Source: Takakia lepidozioides (Eukaryota > Plantae > Bryophyta). From it: a stretch of DNA of 64,000 nt. This document shows, piece after piece, positions 54,011 through 64,000 of the stretch (within the stretch, counting starts at the first letter, position 1; each line of letters begins with the position of its first letter). Under the pieces are notes generated by a model, which ran no database searches, was not told the DNA's origin, and saw only the letters and a list, made by a program, of their open reading frames with translations. Position numbers and translations under genes: made by a program. The stretch covers positions 67,766,001-67,830,000 of the forward strand of contig CM060733.1 in NCBI GenBank assembly GCA_030704615.1. Direction: 5' to 3'.

Positions 54011-54920
54011 CCATTTTCCCTCATGATGTCGGAATCCAATGAGACAAGTTGGTATGGGTAGGTAGCTTGATAACAAATACTCTCTGATTGAAAGAAGTAC
54101 AAAAACATTTTGTGTGCCAAAATGGGTGCACCTGGTTTGGGGCTGTGCATTTTGTCAAAGCACTATGTTGGCCACTTCCATGTTCATTGCAAGGGTGACC
54201 GCCATTTTCCCTCACGATGTCGGAATCCAATGAGACAAGTTGGTATGGGTAGGTAGCTTGATAACAAATACTCTCTGATTGAAAGAAGTACAAAAACATT
54301 TTGTGTGCCAAAATGGGTGCACCTGGTTTGGGGCTGTGCATTTTGTCAAAGCACTATGTTGGCCACTTCCATGTTCATTGCAAGGGTGACCGCCATTTTC
54401 CCTCACGATGTCGGAATCCAATGAGACAAGTTGGTATGGGTAGGTAGCTTGATAATGAATACTCTCTGATTGAAAGAAGTACAAAAACATTTTGTGTGCC
54501 AAAATGGGTGCACCTGGTTTGGGGCTGTGCATTTTGTCAAAGCACTATGTTGGCCTCTTCCATGTTCATTGCAAGGGTGACCGCCATTTTCCCTCACAAT
54601 GTCGGAATCTAATGACACAAGTTGGTATGGGTAGGTAGCTTGATAATGAATACTCTCTGATTGAAAGAGTACAAAAACATTTTGTGTGCCAAAATGGGAG
54701 CATCTGGTATGGGGCTGTGCATTTTGTCAAAGCACTATGTTGGCCACTTCCATGTTCATTGCAAGGGTGATCGCCATTTTCCTTCACGATGTCAGAATCC
54801 AATGAAACAAGTTGGTATGGGTAGCCACCTTGATAATGAACACGCTCTAATTGAAATAAGTAGAAAAACATTTTTTGTGCTAAAATGGGAGCACCTGGTA
54901 TGGGCCTGTGTCAAAGCACT
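54011..54920. repeat. 191-bp tandem repeat, about 4.8 copies
   Basis: Near-identical ORFs offset by 191 bp; units start at about 54011, 54202, 54393, 54584 and 54774. Confidence 0.95.
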
Positions 54921-54921
54921 A

Positions 54922-55268
54922 TTGTAGCCCAATCCCATGATTGGTAAAAGATGCAACTGTGGTGTAGGGGCGTTGAATGAAGCACGCACCCTGTCACACA
55001 CCATGCACCTAGCCACGAACTGTTGCACCTCTGTATGCATACCACACCACCAATACTGCCCCTGCAGTAAACTGTGAGTGCGTCGCACTCCAAAATGCCC
55101 CAACTCCTCATGGGCATGCCGCACTAACCGTGCACGCTGTGTGGGGTGAGGCACAATCCTCACCCGACCAGCCTCCCACACTTGAAGTAGGTGTATCCCC
55201 TCCCACTTGAACCTCTTGGCTCGTTGCAGGATCCGATCCCTCTCCCTGGCAGTCACAATGGCTGCCGT
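54922..55268 (-). mobile_element. Ty3/gypsy integrase N-terminal HHCC zinc-binding fragment
   Basis: HAHEELGHFGVRRT..YWW..CMVCDRVR..LPIMGLGY. Confidence 0.88.
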
Positions 55269-56290
55269 GTATTCCTTCTCTTTGGCCGAGAGCCGGATTT
55301 GCCTGCAGCCATTCGTAGGGACACTGCTCAAGTCCTTAACCTTGACGACCCGGACGTGTGGGTACGTGCATGTGATCAGCGTGCAGAGTTGTTCAAGAAA
55401 GTCATGCCCATGGCTTTTGAGAACCTTGCCATTGCACAGCACCGTGATACGTTGAGGTATGCCACTATACGTGGTGGAGGATATCGTCCTGGGGTTCGGA
55501 GGTTTAGCCCTGGTGACTATGTTTATTTGCAGCAGACTGCTCCTACGACTCTGGATGTTACTGCAGGGCGTGTTATTCTGAGGGTTCGAGAGGTGTTGCC
55601 CTCAGGGGTCCTGATCTTGGAGGGTCGGGATGGCATGACTTGGAAGGACCATGTGCGTAATTGTGCGTCATGTCACCTTCCCAATGTCGATGGCAGAGTT
55701 GACCCAAACTTGGCAGTGGTACCTGCAGGTTTGAGGTGCATGCTCTATGGGTCTGTCAAAGGGGCAGCCACCATGCTGGTGTGTGATCGATGCTCAAGGG
55801 GTTGGCATATGGGATGCTTGACACCACCTCTTGAGAAGGTTCCTGACGGAGATTGGTTGTGTCCACACTGCTTGGGATAGTGGCAGTGGACATGACTGGA
55901 GGCAGCTAACAAGACATGGGAGGCCAAGCTCATAGGAGTCAATACATGAGATCCCAAGCTCAAGTTCACAGGTTGCAAGACGGCAACTAACGATGGGGCA
56001 ACTCTTGCACCCGGCCTCTTGATCTATCGAGTTTGAGTGTAGTAGGGATAGTGGTGGAGGACTTAGTGAGGCTATGGTCACTATCACATCTTGTGGCTAC
56101 CTAGACTTAGAGGGACCTAAGCACCAGCTAGGGGGGCGATTGTGTGGACTAGTGACTGCCATAGTGGCAGCCTAGTGACTGACTAGTTGTAGCCTAGTGG
56201 TTGGACTAGTGGCTGGACTAGTGGTGGACTAGTGGTATACTAGTGTGTGGTGTGCACATGTGTTGTGTGTTTTTTTGGACAGCGATCTTT
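55269..56290 (+). mobile_element. Ty3/gypsy integrase C-terminus with PHD finger (to 55880), PPT and LTR start (56141)
   Basis: LFGREP..FSPGDYVYL..CMLYG..LVCDRCSRGWHMGCLTPPLEKVPDGDWLCPHC; AGCTAGGGGGGCGAT then TGTG. Confidence 0.88.
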
Positions 56291-56830
56291 CATGTTAATT
56301 GCAGGGGTGGGCACCATTTCCGCTCACAATGTCGGAATTGAATGAGGGCAGTTGGTATGGGTACCTAGCTAGATAATAAACACTCTCTGCTTGAAAGAAT
56401 TGAAAAATAAATTGTTTTGGTGAAATGGGAGCACCTGGTATGGTTTAACAACCTCTATGCTAACCACTTGTGTGTTCATTGGAAAAATAGGTGCCAATCT
56501 TTGTCACGAAGTTGGAATTGAATGAGGGAAATTGGTATGGGTAGCTAGCTTGATCATGAACACTCTCTATTTGAAAGAATTGAAAAATAAATTTTTGTGG
56601 TGAAATGGGAGCACCTGGTATGGGGCTGGCTATTTTTAACAACCTCTAACCACTTGTGTGTTCATTGGAAAAATAGGTGCCAATCTTTGTCACAAAGTTG
56701 GAATTGAATGAGGGCAGTAGGTGTGGGTAGCTAGCTTGATCATGAACACTCTCTACTTAAAAGAATCACAAAATATTTTTTTGTGGTGAAATGGGAGCAC
56801 CTGGTATGGGGCTGGCCATTTTTTACCAAC
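56290..56830. repeat. Diverged units of the 191-bp repeat family, about 3 copies
   Basis: GGAATTGAATGAGGG..GGTATGGGTA..GAAATGGGAGCACCTGGTATGG recurs and matches the 54-kb unit. Confidence 0.85.
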
Positions 56831-57734
56831 CTCCAAAGTATAAGAGTTGTTTTCTTTTTTTTGGAATGATGGAAACGATGTGGGAGACCCTCGTGGAACA
56901 AGAAGAGAACACAAAGTACAATAACAAGTTCAACATCCTCCATGTTCACCTACAAATCCTTCTCAAATTAACTTAGCCTCCAACCAACGTAAACCACCAT
57001 CCAACCAAAGCCCCATACCCTAATCCTCAAACCCTAGCTTGCCTGGAGGTAATTCTCAAGCTCTCAATCTTTGGTTGGCTAGAGAAAATAAATGGGCCTT
57101 TATTGGCTCCTCCCTCAAGAGGAGACCACGCATCAATGTTGGAAAAATGGATGATCCTGATGTACCTTCACAGGAAAACACCCAAACATAACAGATATAT
57201 CCACTAGTTAACATTACTATTCCTATTAATGAGCATCAGATATAAATTTGTTTTTCCTTTGGTTTTTATGAAATATATTTTTAATCAATAACAGCCACCG
57301 ATAAATGGCTGGAGACCTGTGAAAGCCGGTCGCTTCTTCTTCCTTGCTCTCTTGTTTGCAAAAGACTTACCTGCCCGGGGAATGTGGGCGTGGAGGAATT
57401 GGTGCGATTCATCCTCACATGGAGGAGATTGCATGATCCATGCAGGTTCTACAGACATGTTTGTCATGTAGGTTGAGTGGATATGCACACTTTCACCCCA
57501 AAGTCGGAGTAGGTTTCAGTACAGGAACCGCCTCAGTTTCCATATGACATTGCCTGGCATGGGATCCAGATGGGAAGTTGTACAGCCAAACTACTCACTG
57601 TGCAGTGGGTCCTATCTGTCATGTACGGAAGTCTGCAGCTTGATTGAAGGTGAACAAAGAAGTAATACATGTTTGTTTGAAGGTGATAAAGTGGTCTTTG
57701 CTCTATTGGAATAATTGTTTATTGGCCCATGCAG

Positions 57735-57942
57735 TCGAAAGCGTTTTAGTGAGCGGGAGGCTGAGCAATGGTGGGCAAAAAATCGAGTGAGGATACCCGA
57801 GCAATATAATGTCCGTGGTGGGATTGACAGGATAAATAATCCAACTGGGCCTTCGTCGACAGCAGGGTTACCAGCAGCATCGAGGCCTGTGGAGGAAGAA
57901 GGACCATTCTCTCTCTCCTCCCACATGCCTGGTACCTCCTGA
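57735..57942 (+). pseudogene. Orphan terminal exon with BRX-domain C-terminal half (PRAF/RLD-like)
   Basis: AG acceptor, then RKRFSEREAEQWWAKNRVRIPEQYNV, to stop. Confidence 0.7.
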
Positions 57943-58149
57943 CCCCCACACTTTGTTTGTTCAGCCCTTTGTAGTCTTAGTTTCCTTAAAAAATATGTAA
58001 AAAGGGTTGAGGCGGTTCATGTTAGTTCTCCCTGGATTTTTTAAACAACATTTTGGATCTATTCGAGATGTGGGTTGGATAGATGTCAAGTGTAGTACCC
58101 CTTGTCTGCGGTGGATTCTGCTTTGCCTGGTGGCTTCTTGTCAACATTG

Positions 58150-58515
58150 GCTGCTACTAATCTCCCAAGTGTCCCTTCTGCAAGCCATACTTGCGCAAGC
58201 CTCGCTTGACTATCTGCACAACCCTCTCTGCCAAGCCATCAGCCTCGAGATGATCCCGAGAAGTAGTGCGGTGATCTATCAAGGCTTGCTTACACAAAGC
58301 CTGAAACTCCCCCAAGAACTCTCTCCCCTGGTCTGTGAGTACCTTGGTTGGAGCACCAAATTGGTTAAGCACTCGATCTAAGAATGCATACGCAGCCCCC
58401 TCACTTGCCTTGTCAGGCAGTGCTACCAGTTTAATCCACTTGGAGAAATGTTCCACCATCACCAGCACATACTTGTTATGGCGAATTGTTAGTGGCAATG
58501 GGCCTGCAAAGTCAA
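58150..58515 (-). mobile_element. Ty3/gypsy integrase catalytic core fragment
   Basis: DFAGPLPLT..VMVEHFSKW..FGAPTKVLTDQGREF..ADGLAERVVQ. Confidence 0.9.
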
Positions 58516-58526
58516 GACGAGGTTTA

Positions 58527-61510
58527 CTATGTCATGAGCAGAAACCATGAGCCATGAGCCATGAGCCGCATGAGCGGTGAGCCGAAGTCTAAGACACTGG
58601 TTTTCATGAGCGGACTCCTCCAAATTTGGAAATGCGGCAGATTAAAAAAGTATAAAAATAATAGTTTTTTTATTTGACCTTGCCGTTTTTGGAAGTTCCA
58701 GATCTTATAATGCGACGAAGACATGTCGTCAGTAACAATTCCACTCATGGTTTTTTAGATCCGCTCATGGAAATGAGTGACCGTGCAACGAGAAATCCAG
58801 TATACCACAGCAAAATGACGTCGCATACTGGCCTGTATAGAGTATTCCGCGGTTTTACATGCCTTAACATTGGAATGAAGCTGACCCTTCTGCCGCGATT
58901 GAACGAGTCTGCACCAATAGAGTCTACAGTACTTCACAATTCTGTCATCTTCGGGTATTCGGCGGGAAAGGTTTGCGACTCAACAACGAGGTTGTGCTGC
59001 ATTACGGTTCGCACGTGCAAAATTTTTGGGGGGTTCGCTGTTGGCGACGGTCGGCTCCTCCAAACTTTGTTTTCCTCATTCGACCCCCGGTACTGGTAGT
59101 TGCAGCCTTCGTCATAGCAAGATAGTCGCACCGAACAGGAACCCTCCAACAAACAAAAATACAAGCACATGGAAACAGAAGTGAATGACATAGTATTATC
59201 TTAGTTCGAGCAAAACAAGTTACTGGTAGGCAAGACATAAGTCGAACCTTTCTGTGGCCAAAGTCAGAGGTACTTGCAGCAGTACAGTTCTACTATAACT
59301 GAAACTCCGAAAAGGATGGGCGTCCGCAAGCCAAGCTCACTAGTCCCCTGTATCTATATTCAGAAGAGTGTACACCTCTTGGGGGCTCAACCCTGGTGCA
59401 TGTATGAAGTGATGAGTTGTGGAATTACACCGGAGTCTCTTTAGGTACACGTAGTATAGATGCTTGCAAGGGTAGTATGATGCCCCCTTGTTCGTCATGA
59501 TCTAGAAGTCGGTGCAATTACAGTGGGTAATTCTGAAATGGTGATGGTGTACACCTCATTGCGGACAGCTGAGCCTGTCGTGGCCATCTGATACACACGC
59601 CCGAAGCCTGGTGGGGGCATTTTTGTTGGATTGTACAGTTCATCCGAAGTGCATTCCCCATCCTTGTCTCGTTCACTTTTGAGGGAGGTCGCCGCCTCTT
59701 CGGTTTCCCCCAACGGTGTGTAGGATGCTTAGAGTTGTCGCGTCCCATTGTTCTTGCTCTCATAGGGGTCGGTGGTGGAGGCTGTGGAAGCGGAAATGGT
59801 TGTCTGGGGACGTCAGTGCGCCTGCGGCAGTAAGGGCGTCGGCCTCAACCTGACTCAGATCGTATCCGGGTTCCACCGGCCACACCGGGGGAGCCTCTGG
59901 CATTGTTTGTATGCCGTACTTGGGCTTTCCATACATGCAAGTCATAATGTCATGCCTGCAGAACCAGAACTGGGTAGTTGTCGCCTCCGCAAACTTTGCA
60001 TGGACAAATCTTCCTGTAAAAGTAGGAGCAGGGACATCCCCATCTGGATTCCTCCTTATCATCTCTAAACAACGTTGCCGTGTATCCACTCGAATTGTGG
60101 AACACCTCCCTCGAAACGCCAGCCTTGTGCGAGCAATTCTCCACTGTGACGCAGACACAGTCGTCTCTACAATGGCTTGGCCATACTGCATAACAGCGGA
60201 CGGAATCTAGGGCAAACGAACGGTGGGAATTTCTCGCACGGAATCCCTGCTTGAAGGCGATGGCGATCTGGAAACTCTTGGGCTTCCACTGCTGGAAGAC
60301 ACATTGTGCGACAACATGACGGGACCTCGAGGTGCTGTCCGAATGTTCCTGTTGAGGAATCCTCTTCGCACCCGGGTTCCTCTTCAATCCTCCGCCTGAC
60401 AGGGCGAGTACAGACGTCCCCCTCTAGGTGTTCACCTCTGTGGTGCAGAGGCGTCCCTTTGATCTTCTCTCGCAATGTTGTCGCCCATTTCAGTGGATTC
60501 TTCAATTCCTCCTTGTCCGGCCCAAAGCCCCATTATTTCCCGCTCAGGAACTTGTAGTACCTGGCTTGTTGCATGATTGCTCTGTCGATGTCCTCCGTTG
60601 TGGCCATCACTACGTCCACCAGATGTGCGGCAGAAGACGCTCGCCAAAAGGAGTGGACTGATTCTGCCATATTCGTGTTCGGCATGTCCGTGTCGGAATC
60701 CAGGCACCGCTCCTACAAGGATAGAAACAATGGTGAAGGAAAAATGGAAAGGTCCGTAATAGAACGACAATTGCAGGAAAAGTCTGGCATCATACCTCCC
60801 GCATGTATTGTCCGAACTGTCGATACTGGAAATGCCACCACCCCAACCAGCTGTGCAAGGCTCCCAGATTGGTTATCTCCACTGCACCTGACGTGTTCCA
60901 CCAAGCCTCGATGATAACAAACTTAACCTCCGCGTCATCAAATGTGGGTGCATCCTTCCACGTTGTACAAATGACACGGTGTTCAGCTTGGAATGAGCTA
61001 GCAACAAATTTGGTAGTGTAGTGAGATAGACTCTGCATCCAATGGAATCCACATGATCTCTCTTTCCTCTCCATTGGAACATTGGGGTCTTCACCGTACA
61101 TACGCCGCACCGCTGCCCAGTTGGCCTGAGCGTTGTCTGCCATGAATCCCCTGAAATTGGGCTCTGGCAAACCCGACGCCCTTGCCATCTGCTCGTTTAT
61201 GCCCTCCCACAGATGCATCTCCGACTGTGTGTCCTCCCCTTTCATCTCGCAGATTGCAATCGTCATGAACCTCTTGGAGTGATAGTCATAAACATGCGCA
61301 CCCATCGTCACCCACTGATGGTTTGTAATTCGCTTGATGTGGTCAAACATCACCCAAGCATTTGACAAGTTTACAGTTGTCATGCGAGTGACCAAGTCGA
61401 CTCCACTCCCAGGCCCACATGTTGACATTTTAAGAATGTAACAACGATCGGATTCGCTGCCTTGCCCTGGAGACCTGCTACCTTGGATATAGTCATATCC
61501 AGTCCTTCAT
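58527..61510 (-). mobile_element. Mutator-like transposase 3' half (DDE core and SWIM) plus element terminus
   Basis: VMFDH (D1), FMADNAQANWAAVRRMY (D2), SCGFHW (CxxH), intron, PNTNMAESVH (E), Cys-rich FWFC region, CNCTDF..PCKHLYYV (SWIM, about 59450-59523). Terminus CTATGTCATGAGC with (C)ATGAGC repeats at 58527-58580. Confidence 0.85.
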
Positions 61511-63029
61511 TTCACCTCCAGGATTAAGTGCATGTCCGACTGTTTGTCCATATTTTCCCTCCATTTCTGAATTGTATATGCTACATAATTATTTATTTAT
61601 TTCACAAAACGAAGGGAATGGAAAACTGACTTTTTTATAATATGGAAAATGATCACAGATATTATAATTCTTCCTCCATCGCTTTCCTATTTCCTGTTTA
61701 TTTCCTTTATGTAAATAAGCCTTCTTCATAGTTTCAGACCATAGTCTCTCATACTACCACCCCTCATCTAGTCTCCTTCCTTGATTCTTATTCTGATCCA
61801 TGTTCTTCAGTCATCTTTCCCTTTCTTCTTTTTCATCCTTGTCCTTCAAGGGACATCGCTTGATTTCTTAGATACCAATGGTTCCTTCCTTCTCATTGGT
61901 CACTTTAATTTTCTGTGCTGGCACCTTTTAATTTCCAAGATTCCAATAATTTCTTTGTTTTTCCTCCAAATTCACTCCTTGGAGATTTTAACTTCAATCC
62001 CTGACACAACAAAAGTTTTTGGAATGTTTTTCACACCTCATATTCGCGAGTAGGTCTCAAGTTCACAGCCCATATCAATTGGTGTTAATATTCTCTATAG
62101 ATCACGCCTTCCCATTAATTGGTTCTAAAAGTCATCTAAAAGGAGATTTTAGCACAAGGCTGTAAATTCATCTAACATTTCCTGGGAAGAATGTGGTCCA
62201 TCAGCTTGATCTCATGACGGATATATTGTTTCCAACTAAGACGGCTGGAGAACAAGTGAAAAAATATTATGTGTAATGTTTAACCATCCGGACTGTTCAT
62301 AATTGTCTTTCCAAGGTTTTTAGACTCCAATTTCTTAGAAGCTTCACTTAACATCATGATTTCAAGTGAAGAATAACAAATCCTAATAAAAGAAAAGGGG
62401 GGTCTTTATTTTATTTTTGTCACACACAATCAGCCAAACATTCACCAAAGATTAATGGGACTAGTTGGGGAGAAGGGGGTCTGATGGAAAAACAAATTGA
62501 GCAAATGGCTCATACCTTATTGCATTTATTTCAAGCAATCCAAGCATTCTTGCATTTACACTTAACGCACCACTTGGATAACTTTCCACGGGCTTCAAAT
62601 AATTGGTTCTAACCCAATAGCCTTATATTAGGGTATGTATATCTATAAAAGTACTACACAAGGATGATGCAGCATACACAAGAGTCCATAATGGACCGTA
62701 GTATATCATGGGAAAAAGATTTGGGTGCATTTGTTTGATAATATGAGTATGAGAGTTTCAACCTTGCTCTCATCTGTTTTGGAAGAATAAACCCAAGCAT
62801 GCATCCTGGCATAAGCCGGTGGATAAGGGACCGGAGGGGATAACCTTTTCCAGATTATATCACTTCACTGCACTCAACCACTTTTAAAAGTTAAAATGGG
62901 AAGATCTCTCATATGAGGGACGGTCACACACTTTGTTGTCATCACTTACAAAATATAAACGTGTAAAAATGTATTTCTGCACAGCACAAAAACAATGCAC
63001 AAAAGATAAAGGGCAAAATATTTAAAACA

Positions 63030-64000
63030 TAATCCTTTTTTGTTACCTTATTTAAATCTGAATAATCCACGCAAACCCTTAAACCCCCTGTTTTCTTCGG
63101 GACAACTACTACTGACGAGACCCATTCTGAATTATCTACTTCAAAAATCAAACCATTATCTCTTAATTTCATCACCTCTTAATTTCATCACCTCTTTTTG
63201 TAAGGCTTCTAAGCGCACAGGATTAACCCTCCTTTGGCGTTGCCGAATAGGCTTGGCTCCTGGCATTTACCCCCGACCCTACATCAACCAAGGCCCCAGA
63301 TACTTCCAGTTCATTCACAATACAATTTACCTTAGGGCAATCTCTCTATTTATAATGGCTGAATCCAACGCTCTTATGACCCTTACTGGTTTACGTTTTC
63401 TTACTAGACCCAATTTTAATTCTTTTTGAATAGCTCGACAAATAGTTATCAACTGGGATAACGTGACATTGGCCTTGTTTTCTGCCAAGATTTCTAATAC
63501 ACTATAAGGTTTTGCGTATTTTTTTATCGAAATTTCTTCTTCTTTCCTTTTGAACTCCTGATTCTGGTCAGCAAAAGTGACAGTCTTTGGTCGATTGACT
63601 TTAGGAAGGTGTTCTTCTACAATATTCTTTTCCTTGACCAGTTTATTTTTCTGATCTTGTTCATTAGGAGACTGCTTGGGTATACCAAAGTCATTAATTT
63701 CTTCATTAGTTTCATCTTCATCCTTAGGGACAGGCTCAGGATGTTTAACAGGGTTTTTGACTTTAGACCGAGTGCTTACTTCCCACACTTCCCGTGTGTT
63801 ATTTCTTACTTTAGACCTAATCCCGTCCTTCGGTACAGATGAAGATTTTTCGACCATAATTAAATTCACACCTGAAGAAGAAGCACCCTTGTCCCGCGTT
63901 AAAACATTCTTTCTTACGATTTGAACAGGAATATGCGGGTTAGGATGTGACCCTTCTTGGTTTCTATGATTTATAGGACCAGGTTGAGCTCTATTTCTTG
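63030..64000 (-). mobile_element. Ty3/gypsy gag-pol remnant (post-gag linker and start of RT)
   Basis: YSVLEIL..ANVTLSQLI; PGAKPIRQRQRRVNP..SEWVSSVVVVPKKTGGLRVCVDYSDLNKVT. Confidence 0.85.

Noticed and set aside
53950-54927. Repeated ORFs MHSPKPGAPILAHK...
   Set aside because: Artefacts of translating the 191-bp tandem repeat.
58525-59195. 11-bp inverted match TACTATGTCAT / ATGACATAGTA as a small CACTA-like element
   Set aside because: No convincing TSD and no subterminal repeats at the right copy; probably chance.

Overview
Repeat-rich eukaryotic DNA from a land plant, probably a non-seed lineage; this is inferred from intron style, PLS-type PPR, BRX and OSB fragments and the TE types. Only one host gene looks intact: a multi-exon BTB/POZ gene on the minus strand (34234-42447). 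The rest is decayed TEs (LINEs, Ty3/gypsy pieces with a PHD finger after the integrase, a CACTA Tnp2 remnant, nested MITEs, tandem arrays) and orphan host-gene fragments (OSB, PPR, DNA pol alpha N-terminus, RAD5-like helicase, BRX). The main observation is a DNA-transposon family present as several diverged, broken copies. It pairs a Mutator-type transposase (GCM/WRKY-like finger, DDE core, SWIM) with a divergently transcribed, intron-containing gene. That gene fuses a ParB/Srx-like domain (DGNHR) to a beta-class DNA amino-methyltransferase-like domain. The copies share short CTA-NN-(C/G/T)C(G/A)TGAG termini. In the best-preserved copy, the non-coding DNA carries about 20 TAGTCG-N4-CGACTA palindromes, partly amplified by a 207-bp tandem repeat. 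No copy in the window is intact. All domain calls are by-eye motif recognition and need HMM or structure confirmation.
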